Assembly (NCBI GenBank): GCA_964016885.1
Contig: CAXHJY010001433.1
Span: forward strand, 41,844-105,843
Direction: 5' to 3'
Source of the DNA: Eledone cirrhosa
Lineage: Eukaryota
DNA length: 64,000 nt
In this document: piece after piece, positions 13,888 to 29,150 of the stretch
Position numbering within the stretch: position 1 is the first letter of the stretch
Layout: the number at the start of each line of letters is the position of its first letter
Position numbers and translations under genes: made by a program
The notes under the pieces: generated by a model
Database searches by the model: none
Seen by the model: the letters and a program-made list of their open reading frames with translations, nothing else
What the model was told of the DNA's origin: nothing

Positions 13888-14153
13888 GTCAAATAAAATT
13901 TACTGTTATAAGTAGATAGAAAAATAAATAAATAAAGAAAGAAAGAAATAGATAAATGGATAAATAGATAAATGAATTAATAGATGGGTGTTATAGATAA
14001 TTGTTTTAATGAGTTATATATATATATTAATATATATATATATATATATATTAATATATAACCTTATATATTATATATCGGTTTACTTTCCAATAATATA
14101 TTTGTATATAAGTGTGTATGTACATATATATATATATATATATATATAAGTGT

Positions 14154-14203
<50 letters not shown>

Positions 14204-14220
14204 ATATATATATATATATA

Positions 14221-14440
14221 GGAACGATCGACTTTTCGTCAAATCGGACCGAGGGAAGAATGTTTCCGTTGGTCTTTCCAATTGCTAATACTATCTATCG
14301 GTCGCAACTCCAGGTAGAAGGAGCAACGTGAAATAAAGTGTCTTGCTCAAGGACATAACGCATCGCCTGGTCCAAGAATCGAACTCACAACCTTACGATT
14401 GCGAATCCAATTCTCTAACCACTTAGCCACACGCCTTCAC
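14221..14440 (-). mobile_element. CORE-like tRNA SINE
   Basis: Near-identical to 11170-11389. Confidence 0.8.
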
Positions 14441-14558
14441 TATATATACATATATATATATATATACATATATACATATATGTATATATATATATATATA
14501 ATTATATATATATACACATATATATTTATGCATATATATAAATATATAAATATATCTA

Positions 14559-14996
<438 letters not shown>

Positions 14997-15024
14997 TATA
15001 TTTATCTATCTATCTATCTATCTA

Positions 15025-15097
<73 letters not shown>

Positions 15098-15461
15098 ATA
15101 TTATATATATATATAAATACATGTATATATATGTATATATATATATGTATATATATATATTTCGTTTCTGAATATGTGTATATATATATATATTTCGTTA
15201 TCTGAAGTGAAAGCTACTGGTGCGTGTGTTTCTTATTGGCAACATGACCCTCCCAAAAGTATAACAATATATATATATATATAATTATATATATATCTAT
15301 ATCTATCTATATATATATATACACATATATATATATATATGCATATATATATATAAATATATCTATCTATATATATATATGTATATATATATATATGTAT
15401 GTATACACACACACATATATATATATATATACATATATTATATATATATATATATATATAC

Positions 15462-15603
<142 letters not shown>

Positions 15604-15705
15604 CACACACATAGGTATGTTTGTCATAGTGAGACAATTCAGACGTGAAAATGTAAAAGCTGGAGGGATGTCTCAGGGACGTTATAGATTATTCAAAACG
15701 AGGTA

Positions 15706-15825
<120 letters not shown>

Positions 15826-15830
15826 ATATT

Positions 15831-15894
<64 letters not shown>

Positions 15895-16367
15895 TATATA
15901 TATATTTATATATATATACATATGTATAATATATATACATATATATATATACATTATATACATATGTATATATTGTATATAGCATGTGTGTATATATATA
16001 TATATATGAATATGTGTGAGTACATATTTGGATATACGTTCATAGGTAAATATATATACGCATATATATATATATATTGAGATATATATTCATGTATATA
16101 TATCTATATATATACATATATATATAACCGCGTGCCATATATATTTTGTGCACTTGATTACACTGAATATGCACTAAATAAAGTACTCAATATTGGTTTT
16201 AGCGTGAAAATAACATTCATTATATTTCGTGACACTCACTATGAATAATAAATGTTGGATGCACACAGAAATATATATACACATATATAAACATATATAT
16301 GCGTATGTATATATAGATAGACGGATATAGATATATATAGATATATATATGAATATATATATATACC

Positions 16368-16414
<47 letters not shown>

Positions 16415-16422
16415 GCACACAC

Positions 16423-16464
<42 letters not shown>

Positions 16465-16701
16465 GCACGCTAGCTTTCTTCATCTCGGTGTCCACCGTTT
16501 AACTTCCCTACCCCCCCCCTACACACACACACTATCCCCCTCCATATTTCCTCCACTTTGCCCTCCCCCTTCCCTATCACTAACCCCTCCGTCTCTCCCT
16601 CACACCCCCACCCTTGTCCCATCCACTCACCTCCTTTCTCTAACTCATATTCTTTTACTTCGTTCAGACGTAGACACACGCTCACTCATTTTCTCTCTCT
16701 C

Positions 16702-16812
<111 letters not shown>

Positions 16813-16841
16813 CTGGTTACACAACAGTTAGTTCACCATAC

Positions 16842-16889
16842 CACGAACAATTGTTTCACCTTCTCACCTTCGCGGATCTTCAGCTCGTG
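16842..16889 (-). ncRNA. Hammerhead motif in the PLE 3' pseudo-LTR (damaged)
   Basis: Minus strand reads CACGAG-CTGAAGA-T-CC...GG-T-GAAA-CAATTG-T-T-CGTG. There is a GAAGGTGA duplication in stem II and a 2-nt loss in stem I relative to the 58495 homolog. Confidence 0.7.
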
Positions 16890-17050
16890 ATGTGTATGGT
16901 TATAGGAACAGGAAGGACAACCGTAGGAACGCGTATGCGCATAAACTCGGTCACTTCACACAGGCAATACTAGACTGCGTGTGGGAGGTGTAAGGGAGAT
17001 AACTGCGAAAGTCCGGAAAATGTTTAGGTTGAAAATAAAATTACAAAGAA

Positions 17051-18790
17051 TCAGTCGGGAGCCTTGTAGTTATACAATAGATGTTTGGTGACGTGTGGAC
17101 AACGTGTGAAAAATTCACTTCTCGTGTTTAGGCAATCACTATTGCGTAATCTCTTTAGGATAGTTATTCGTTCGTCAATACATAAGCCACACGTCAGATT
17201 TCCCCTTGCGTATGGCTTGGACTTACTGATGGCTTTCCATTGAATGGAGTAGTCTATACTTGAGTCCTTGAGGGACCATACGTGGCTCGCGAATTTCGTG
17301 GATGAACGTCTGTTCGGGTATGTGGTTCAGGAAACGCTCCTTGAATCGGCTCTCCGCCATGCCCACATAGGATTTGACCTCCTGTTGTTCGTTTGGTCGG
17401 TTGGAAGTGATCACAGCTTCATAGATTACAGCTGGTGTGTTGCATTGCTGGTGAACAGGGCAAGCTTCAGACTTACGGCAAGAGCAGCCTGGTGGATGTT
17501 GCTCCTAGGGCTGCTGGCGATGTCGGTCTTCATGTTCTTAGCACAGGAGTATCCTAGTTTAACTTTGTGTCGGTTAAAGATGGAGCGGTATTTTTGACCT
17601 ATGGGGAAGTGTCTATCTAAGAGGGCTAGAAATTTTTTCCTACATTGGTTTTAACGTTGAGTGAGAAGGGAGGAGAGAACCAGATAGTTTGTCTATTGTT
17701 GCGCTTACTTTTCTTAATGGTGTTGTTGCTAGTGGGAGAGTAGGTGGTAGGCTGTGAGAAGCCGCTGTTAGCCAACGCCGTGTTATAGTAGGGTGCCGCC
17801 CTGTCAAAGATAGCCTTATTAGAGGAAAGGTTTGAGGTTCTAGTACTGATATTCTTAACGAAGTTTCTAAAAACAGTAGGAGGGTGGCATGAGCCCGTGT
17901 GAATGTAATTAAGATTCTCGTTTAGCTTATGGAAGGGTCTGTGTGTGTGTGTGCGAAGGTCTAAATTAATGTCTAAGAAATCTACGCTAGAGAGGTTGGT
18001 AGCTACTGTTATCCTAAAGCCTAACTCATTGAAGGTAGAAGCTAAGACTTGTTTAAACCGATCGAAGTCGTGACCACTTTTATGGCTCGATAAAGTCAAT
18101 CCATCGTCACGATATATTCCCGTGTGGAAGTCCGTGAATCTAACACGTAATATGTCTAAGATAAAAAGGCCAACCAAATCACATACGTCAGCACTGTCAA
18201 ACGATCCCATGGAGACGTCGAACAGGTCTGAAGATGTAGACTTCTTTGCCCAGGCTACTCCGTCGTTGAAGAGGAGGGTTTTCCGGCAGTGAGCGATGAT
18301 TTCCCTGTCTAAACCATCGACGGTGGTATAAGTGGTAGCGAAGTCCAACGCTTTCTTTAACAGGGTCTCTGAGACCGACGGGTAAAAATCGGCAATGTGA
18401 AACTGTGTGAACTTCGCTTTTTTTGATTTTAAGGAATTAAACCACTTAATTACGGAGTCGCTGTTATCCCACTGGGGCAGGTTGGACTTAGCCCTAATAG
18501 TCTTAACTATGTTTCTAAGTATGGCCTTACTGACTAGTCCCATATCTGTGCGTGCCGGGTTTATTAGTCTACATGTGTGTTTAGAAGTAAAGTCTACCTT
18601 GTGATCTTTCAGGGTGAGGAACGCCTACAACTTAGCTAGAGATTATAGCTTCTTATCTACCTTAAGGTCGGTGGCGAGTTCCTTGGCTTCTGTATTAATG
18701 TCGTGGTAGGCCATAGGGTTAGCTTTCTTATATTTAGAAGTAATAGCGTTATGAGCCAGGTGGCGGAAAGTGGTGTTGTCGACTTTGTAA
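17051..18790 (-). pseudogene. PLE reverse transcriptase / GIY-YIG endonuclease, disrupted
   Basis: TLKDHK..CRLINP, IADFYPSV, SMGSFDSA, YRDDGL, VDFLDINL, IWFSPPFS (ORF 17626-18543), then CSCRKSEACP..C..VIY and YVGMAESRFKERFLNH, CGLC, LNTRSE..CPH. Several stops and frameshifts. Confidence 0.92.
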
Positions 18791-18819
18791 TATATATATA
18801 CTATTAGTATATATATATA

Positions 18820-19343
18820 CTATTCCCTTACACATTCTCTCACTCTGTTACTCTCTATCAGCCTGTTTCAATCTCTTTCTCACCCTTTCCTCTCTCTCGC
18901 TCTATACGCCACCTTATATATATATTTCGGCCTTCTATACACTATCCTTAGAATCTGCCGTATAGATTTCACTTTCAACGCTTGACTTGGTTTCCCCCAC
19001 TCCCTCTTTGTAGGGTAGGGGTAGCTGAACTTGCCGACAGCAAGTTCAGCTACCCCTACCCTACCCCCCACCAAATGTCATTGTAGAATCATCTGTTTTT
19101 ACAACAAATTTTTGACCAATCCTTTTGACAATTACTATCTTCCCATATAAGGAATTTCCCCCTGAGAAGTTCGGCTATTTATTTACCAGGCTAAAAACTC
19201 TTATTTAGTCCAGAATTAGCCGTCGAAACGGCTTGAGCTCTGCCGTCGGGGTCATACTCGTACCTATTACCCATTCTACTACCCTAAGTATTGACGACTT
19301 TGGTGCGTTATGGTTATCTGGTTCCTCAGCACATTTCCTTCGT
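18820..19343 (+). mobile_element. Longest family A copy (probable PLE 3' UTR/pLTR)
   Basis: Its last ~135 bp match the six short family A palindromes. Ends CCTTCGT-(TA)n. Confidence 0.7.
19158..19251 (+). ncRNA. Type I hammerhead (family A) with variant core CTGAGAA
   Basis: CCCC-CTGAGAA-GTTCGGCTA...TAGCCGTC-GAAA-CGGC-TTGAGCTCT-GCCG-T-C-GGGG. Triplet GUC; position 8 departs from CUGANGA. Confidence 0.7.
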
Positions 19344-19346
19344 TAT

Positions 19347-19466
<120 letters not shown>

Positions 19467-19973
19467 CGTCGATAGATAGATAGTGATAGCTCAATCTTCT
19501 CTTACAATCTCTCTCAATTTCCGTCTTTCAATCTCTCCTACCTGTTTATGCTTCTCTCTCTATCTATACCTCATTCCACTACCCCCCTACACACACACTA
19601 TCCCCTCCGTCTCACCCCTCCCCCACTATCCATTCAGTCTCTCCCCCCCATCCCTTCCGTCTCACCCTCACCTCCCATCACTACCCCCTCATGTCTCCCC
19701 CCGCTATTCCCTCCGTCTCACCCTCACGCCCCACTACCCCAACCGTCTCTTCTCCCCACTAGCCCCTCCATCTCACCCTCACCTCCCATTACTAGCGCCT
19801 CCCCCGTCTCTTCTCCCCACTATCCCCTCCATCTCACCCTCACCCCTCCACCGTTGTCTCCATCCACTCACCTCCTTTCTCTAACAAAATTTCCCCCTTA
19901 GCTTCTTGCACTCCACTCACAACTTTATTCCACCGAACACCGGAAACTAACCCGTCTCGTCACATTTTTAAAA

Positions 19974-20056
<83 letters not shown>

Positions 20057-20069
20057 GTATATATATATA

Positions 20070-20118
<49 letters not shown>

Positions 20119-20142
20119 ATATATATATATATATATAGTATA

Positions 20143-20175
<33 letters not shown>

Positions 20176-20209
20176 GTGTGTATATATATATATATATATA
20201 GTATATATA

Positions 20210-20264
<55 letters not shown>

Positions 20265-20299
20265 ATATATATATATATATGTGTGTGTATATATATATA

Positions 20300-20372
<73 letters not shown>

Positions 20373-20422
20373 ATATATATATATATATGTATATATATAA
20401 AAATACATGTATATATATATAT

Positions 20423-20501
<79 letters not shown>

Positions 20502-20512
20502 TATATATATAT

Positions 20513-20573
<61 letters not shown>

Positions 20574-20912
20574 CATCCATACATATATATATATATAATA
20601 AAGAATTTAACAGACACTACCAATGCGTTTATATATTTTTTTCTTTTTACTATTATATATATATATATATATATATATAAAGAAACACACATATATATAT
20701 ATATATAAATATATCTATCCAAACACACATATATATATATACATAAATATATCTATACACACATACAGACAGACACATACATACACATACATACACATAC
20801 ATATATACATATATACACATGTTCACACATATATATATATATATACACATATACATATACATATACATATATATACATATATATATACATATATATATAT
20901 ATACACACATAC

Positions 20913-20982
<70 letters not shown>

Positions 20983-21169
20983 AAGAATTTAACATCCACT
21001 ACCAATTCCATCAACTGTTAGAAACCAGAATTTCTCTATCGATTTCTTTAGTCAAGAGTATTCCTTTGAGGAAAAGTCTTCGAGATTCTTCCCTCTTTCA
21101 CAAAAACAAAATGAAATATATATTGATTTTTCACTATTAGCTTCGCCATATCTTTTCTATATTTTCTGT

Positions 21170-22220
21170 GTTGCCGTTTTAACTCTATTAATCGTTTACT
21201 GTGTTTCAGCTTGCACACTTGTGTGTCTTTCCATATGTGTATTTGTAAGTGTGTAAGCGTATGTGTACGTGCGTTTCTGTTTGTGTGTGCGTATGTGTGT
21301 GTGTGTATGTGTGTGAGTGTGTGTGTGGGTGTCTGTGTGTTTGTATGTGTGTGTCTGTGTGTGTTTGTGCGTGTATGTCTCTGTGTGTGTGTGTGTGTGT
21401 GTGTATGTGTCTGTGTGTGTGTGTGTTTGTGCGTGTCTGTGTGTGTATGTGTGTGTTTGCATGTGTGTGTGTTTTGGGCATAGGTGAGTGTGTCTTTGTG
21501 TGTGTGTGTGTGTGTGTGTGTGTTTGTGCATATGAGTATCTCAGTGTGTGGGTGTGTGTGTTTGTATGTGTGCCAGTGTGTGTGTGTGCGTTTGTGTTTG
21601 TATACGTGTTTGTGTGTGTGTGTGTGCATGGGTGAGTGTGTGTTTGTATGTGTGTGTTTGTGTGTATGTGTGTGTGTATGTGTGTGTGTGTGCGTTGCCG
21701 TTTTAACTCTATTAATCGTTTACTGTGTTTCTGCTTGCACACTTGTGTGTCTTTCCATATGTGTATTTGTAAGTGTGTAAGCGTATGTGTACGTGCGTTT
21801 CTGTTTGTGTGTGCGTATGTGTGTGTGTATGTGTGTGAGTGTGTGTGTGGGTGTGTGTGTGTTTGTATGTGTGTGCGTCTGTGTGTGTTTGTGCGTGTAT
21901 GTCTGTGTGTGTGTGTGTATGTGTCTGTGTGTGTGTGTGTGTCTGTGCGTGTCTGTGTGTGTATGTGTGTGTTTGGGCATAGATGAGTGTGTCTTTGTGT
22001 GTGTCTCTGTCTGTGTGTCTTTGTGCATATGAGTATCTCAGTGTGTGTGTGTTTGTATGTATGCCAGTGTGTGTGTGTGTGTGTGCTTGTGTTTGTATAT
22101 GTGTGTATGTGTGTGTGTGTGTGTGCATAGGTGAGTGTGTGTTTGTATATGTGTGTTTGTGTGTATGTGTGTGTGTATGTGTGTGTGTGTGCGTGTTTGT
22201 GTGTGTCTGTGCATAAGCGA
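21170..22220. repeat. Tandem duplication of a ~524 bp GT-rich unit
   Basis: GTTGCCGTTTTAACTCTATTAATCGTTTACTGTG occurs at 21170 and 21694, with collinear landmarks (TTTGGGCATAG, CATATGAGTATCTCAG). Confidence 0.85.
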
Positions 22221-22379
22221 GTGTGTGTTTCATTTTTACCACTTTTTTTCTGTTATCTTCCTTTTTTTATTGTTGCTGTTGTTGTTGATGTTGTTATTAT
22301 TGTTGCTGTTAATGTTGTTATTGTTATTGTTGTTGTTGTTATTGTCGTTATTGTTATTTTTAATCTTTTTGTCATCACC

Positions 22380-22453
<74 letters not shown>

Positions 22454-22468
22454 CAGCAGTAGTAGTAT

Positions 22469-22531
<63 letters not shown>

Positions 22532-22598
22532 AACTAGCAGTAGTTTTAGCAGCAGCAGCAGCAGCAGTAGTAGCAGTAGCAGCAGCAGTAGTAGTAGC

Positions 22599-22645
<47 letters not shown>
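22380..22645. repeat. (AGT)n/(AGC)n microsatellite
   Basis: Direct inspection. Confidence 0.95.
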
Positions 22646-22646
<1 letters not shown>

Positions 22647-22857
22647 CGTGTTAGTAGTTTTTTCTCTTAAAATATATGTGATGCAGTAATATATTTTTGT
22701 TGTTGCTGTTATTGTTTTCCTTTATTTCCTTTAATGTTGCTACCATGTTTATTTGTCGGAGGTGTCGGTAAGTAGACAACATTACAAGACAATACAAGAC
22801 TTGACAATGGTACAGAATGGAGAGGAATAAAGATATTGGAACCACTTCAATATCTGT

Positions 22858-25800
22858 AGTACACTACACTACACTAGACTACACTAGGTCACACTACACT
22901 ACACTAGACTACACTACACTACACTAGACTGAATGACACTACACCAAACTACACCACACTATACCACACTAGTTCACACTAGACTATACTACACCACACT
23001 ACATCACACTACACTACACTATACCACACTAGTTCACACTAGACTACACTACACCACACTACATCACACTATACCACACTACACCACACTACACTACACT
23101 GCATCTAACTATACCACACTACACTACACTGCATCACACTACACTACACCACACTACACCACATTAGTTCACACTACACTACACTACACCACACTACACC
23201 ACACTACACTGCATCTCACTATACCAGACTACACTACACTGCATCACACTACACTACACCACACTACACCACACTAGTTCACACTACACTACACTACACC
23301 ACACTACACCACACTACACTACACTGCATCTCACAATACCAGACTACACTACACTATACCACACTACACTACACTGCATCACACTACACTACACCACACT
23401 ACACCACACTAGTTCACACTAGACTACACTACACCACACTACATCACACTACACCACACTATACTACACTACATCACACTACACCACACTACATCACACT
23501 ACACTACACTGCATCACACTGTACCACACTACACCACACTACACCACAGTACACTACACTGCATCACACTATACCAGACTACACCACACTACACCACACG
23601 AGTTCACACTAGACTACACTACACCACACTACATCACACTACACTACACTAAACCACACTACACTACACTATACCACACTGGTTCACACTAGACTACACT
23701 ACACCGCACTACATCACACTACACTACACTGCATCTCACTATACCACACTACACCACACTACACCACACTAGTTCACACTAGACTACACTACACCACACT
23801 ACACTACACTGCATCTCACTACACCACACTACACCACACTACACCACACTATATCACACTACATCACACTACACTACACCACACTACACCACACTACACC
23901 ACACTAGTTCACACTAGACTACACTACACCACACTACACTACACTGCATCTCACTACACCACAGTACACCACACTACACCATACTATACCACACTACATC
24001 ACACTACACTACACCACACTACACCACACTACACCACACTACACCACACTACACCACACTACACCACACTACACTACACTGCATCTCACTACACCACACT
24101 ACACCACACTACACCACACTATACCACACTACATCACACTACACTACACCACACTACACCACACTGCATCTCACTACACCACACTACACCACACTACACC
24201 ACACTACACCACACTACACCACACTACACCACACTACACCACACTACACCACACTATACCACACTACATCACACTACACTACACCACACTACACCACACT
24301 ACACCACACTAGTTCACACTAGACTACACTACACAACACTACACTACACTGCATCTCACTACACCACACTACACCACACTACACCATACTATACCACACT
24401 ACATCACACTACACTACACCACACTACACCACACTACACCACACTACACCACACTACACCACACTACACCACACTACACTACACTGCATCTCACTACACC
24501 ACACTACACCACACTACACCACACTATACCACACTACATCACACTACACTACACCACACTACACCACACTACACCACACTACACCACACTACACCACACT
24601 ACACCACACTATACCACACTACATCACACTACACTACACCACACTACACCACACTACACCACACTAGTTCACACTAGACTACACTACACCACACTACACT
24701 ACACTGCATCTCACTACACCACACTACACCACACTACACCATACTATACCACACTACATCACACTACACTACACCACACTACACCACACTACACCACACT
24801 ACACCACACTACACCACACTACACCACACTACACTACACTGCATCTCACTACACCACACTACACCACACTACACCACACTATACCACACTACATCACACT
24901 ACACTACACCACACTACACCACACTACACCACACTACACCACACTACACCACACTACACCACACTACACCACACTACACCACACTACACCACACTACACC
25001 ACACTACACCACACTATACCACACTACATCACACTACACTACACCACTCTACACCACACTACACCACACTACACCACACTACACCACACTACACCACACT
25101 ACACCACACTACACTACACTGCATCTCACTACACCACACTACACCACACTACACCACACTATACCACACTACATCACACTACACTACACCGCACTACATC
25201 ACACTACACTACACTGCATCTCACTATACCACACTACACTACACTATACCACACTAGTTCACACTAGACTACACTACACCACACTACACTACACTGCATC
25301 TCACTACACCACACTACACCACACTACACCACACTATACCACACTACATCACACTACACTACACCACACTACACCACACTACACCACACTACACCACACT
25401 ATACCACACTACATCACACTACACTACACTGCATCTCACTATACCAGACTACACTACACTATACCACACTAGTTCACACTAGACTACACTACACCACACT
25501 ACACCACACTACACCACACCACACTACACCACACTACATCACACTACACTACACTGCATCTCACTACACTACACCACACTACACTACACTACACCAGACC
25601 ACACTACACCAGACTACACTTCACTACACCACACTACATCACACTACACTACACCACACTACACCACACTACATCACACTACACTACACTGCATCTCACT
25701 ACACTACACCACACTACACTACACCAGACCACACTACACCAGACTACACTTCACTACACCACACTACACCACACTACACTACACTGCATCACACTACACC

Positions 25801-27565
25801 AGACTACACTACACTATACCACACTAGTTCACACTAGACTACACTACACCACACTACATCACACTACACTACACTGCATCTCACTACATCAGACTACACT
25901 ACACTATACCACACTACATCACACTACACAACACTACATCTCACTATACCAGACTACACTACACTATACCACACTACATCACACTACACTACACTACATC
26001 TCACTATACCAGACTACACTACACTATACCACACTACATCACACTACACTACACTGCATCTCACTATACCACACTACACTACACTGCATCACACTACACT
26101 ACACCACACTACACCACACTAGTTCACACTAGACTACACTACACCACACTACATCACACTACACTGCATCTCACTACATCAGACTACACTACACTACACT
26201 ACACTACATCACACTACACTACACTACATCTCACTATACCAGACTACACTACACTATACCACACTACATCACACTACACTACACTGCATCTCACTATACC
26301 ACACTACACTACACTGCATCACACTACACTACACCACACTACACCACACTAGTTCACACTAGACTACACTACACCACACTACATCACACTACACTACACT
26401 GCATCTCACTACACCAGACTACACTACACTATACCACACTACATCACACTACACTACACTGCATCTCACTATACCACACTACACTACACTGCATCACACT
26501 ACACTACACCACACTACACCACACTAATTCACACTAGACTACACTACACCACACTACATCACACTACACTACACTGCATCTCACTACACCAGACTACACT
26601 ACACTATACCACACTACATCACACTACACTACACTGCATCTCACTATACCACACTACACTACACTGCATCACACTACACTACACCACACTACACCACACT
26701 AGTTCACACTAGACTACACTACACCACACTACATCACACTACACTGCATCACACTACACCACACTACACCACACTACATCACACTACACACACTACACTA
26801 TATCACACTACACCACACTATACCACACTAGACTACACTACACCACACTACACCACACTAGACTACACTACACCACACTACATCACACTACACTACACTG
26901 CATCTCACTAGACCACACTACACTACACTACACCACACTATACCACACTAGACTACACTACACCACACTACACCACACTAGACTACACCACACTACATCA
27001 CACTACACTATACCACACTAGTTCACACTACACCACACTACACCATACTACATCACACTACACTACACTACATCTCACTATACCAGACTACACTACACTA
27101 TACCACACTACATCACACTAGACTACACTACACCACACTACATCACACTACACTACACTGCATCTCACTAGACCAGACTACACTACACTATACCACACTA
27201 GACTACACTACACTACACTACACCACACTACATCACACTACACTACACTGCAGCTCACTATACCACACTACACTACACTATACCACACTAGTTCACACTA
27301 GACTACACTACACTACACTACACCACACTACATCACACTACACTACACTGCATCTCACTAGACCACACTACACTACACTATACCACACTAGTTCACACTA
27401 GACTACACTACACTACACTACACCACACTACATCACACTACACCAGACTACACCACACTATACCACACTACATCATACTACACCACACTACACCACACTA
27501 CATCACACTACACTGCACTACAGTAGACAACACTACATCACAGTAGACTGCACTACATCACACTA
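22858..27565. repeat. ~4.7 kb pentamer satellite (ACACT/ACACC with variants AGTTC, AGACT, GCATC, TCACT, ATACC, ACATC)
   Basis: 5-bp phase held over kilobases with recurring higher-order blocks. Confidence 0.97.
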
Positions 27566-27948
27566 ATTCGCCGCTCAACATCTAAATACATGCATGTTCC
27601 TGTAACTTCTTGGTAAGTTGTAGGGACCACGTATTGACATACGGCTTTTGTACACCACTTTAAAATCTGGTACAACCCAATCCTCTCCAGGTCTCAATAC
27701 AAAACATTTCTACCAACGAAGGACAAAGAGTGAGAGAATGGAGTTGGGGAAAGACATATTGAGGAAGAATCGACCCAGTGCTCGACTGGTACTTTTTTAT
27801 CGACCCCGAAAATATGATGTTGACTTCAACGAAATTTGAACTCAGAGAGTACAGAATATCTGTTGAAACAAATACTGCAATGAAATATATCTGACAATCT
27901 AAACACTCTGCAACTTCGTCACCTATGAGAAAGAGATGTAAGTCTGTA

Positions 27949-28030
27949 ACAGGGGCGTTCAACAGGCGACCCGCGGGCCACAACCCGACCCGCCAGATCA
28001 GTCAGGTTGACCCGCAATGACCGTTTTTTT
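27949..28030 (+). mobile_element. Probable hAT-type DNA transposon terminus
   Basis: CAGGGGCGTTCAACAGGCGACCCGCGGGCCAC with repeated GACCCGC subterminal motifs, resembling hAT/Charlie-type ends. No partner TIR found. Confidence 0.5.
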
Positions 28031-28090
28031 ATTTTTACCATGTAGGCTTATTTAGAATTTTTTTTCGCGACCGTAATACAATTTTCTGTT

Positions 28091-28919
28091 AGTTTACCTA
28101 TACTAAAGGGCTTCACTGATAGGGTTATGTGTGTTATAATTTCCCAGTTGACCTATACTAAAGGGCTTCACTGATAGGGTTATGTGTGTTATAGTTTTCC
28201 AGTTGACCTATACTAAAGGGCTTCACTGATAGGCTTATGTGTGTTATAGTTTCCCAGTTGACCTATACTAAAGGGCTTCACTGATAGGGTTATGTGTGTT
28301 ATAATTTCCCAGTTGACCTATACTAAAGGGCTTCACTGATAGGGTTATGTGTGTTATAGTTTTCCAGTTGACCTATACTAAAGGGCTTCACTGATAGGGT
28401 TATGTGTGTTATAGTTTCCCAGTTGACCTATACTAAAGGGCTTCACTGATAGGGTTATGTGTGTTATAGTTTCCCAGTTGACCTATACTAAAGGGCTTCA
28501 CTGATAGGGTTATGTGTGTTATAGTTTCCCAGTTGACCTATACTAAAGGGCTTCACTGATAGGGTTATGTGTGTTATAGTTTCCCAGTTGACCTATACTA
28601 AAGGGCTTCACTGATAGGGTTATGTGTGTTATAGTTTCCCAGTTGACCTATACTAAAGGGCTTCACTGATAGGGTTATGTGTGTTATAGTTTCCCAGTTG
28701 ACCTATACTAAAGGGCTTCACTGATAGGGTTATGTGTGTTATAGTTTCCCAGTTGACCTATACTAAAGGGCTTCACTGATAGGGTTATGTGTGTTATAGT
28801 TTCCCAGTTGACCTATCCTAAAGGGCTTCACTGATAGGGTTATGTGTGTTATAGTTTCCCAGTTGACCTATCCTAAAGGGCTTCACTGATAGGGTTATGT
28901 GTGTTATAATTTCCCAGTT
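28091..28919. repeat. 55-bp minisatellite, 15 copies
   Basis: Unit AGTTGACCTATACTAAAGGGCTTCACTGATAGGGTTATGTGTGTTATAGTTTCCC at exact 55-bp spacing, with no spacers. Confidence 0.97.
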
Positions 28920-29014
28920 TCATGTTATGGAAAGAAGTTGTGGTGAATCTTTGGAATAGTGCTTAATAAATCTTTAGGAATATTTAGTCAAATATGGCCC
29001 GGCTGAATGGTGAG

Positions 29015-29150
29015 GCAGTGTTGTGTAACGTGATGTAGTGTGGAGTGGTGTGGTGCAAGGTGGTGAATGGTGCTTTAGTATGGTGTAGTGTGGTGTAGTG
29101 TGGTATAGTGTGGTGTAGTCTGATGTAGTGTGGTGTAGTGTGATGTAGTT
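29015..29150 (-). repeat. Short inverted tract of the pentamer satellite
   Basis: GTGTGGTGTA/GTGATGTAGT is the reverse complement of the 22858-27565 units. Confidence 0.8.

Noticed and set aside
28091-28919. CRISPR-like or telomeric array
   Set aside because: Units are contiguous with no unique spacers, there are no cas genes, the context is eukaryotic, and TAGGGTTA appears once per unit rather than as (TTAGGG)n.
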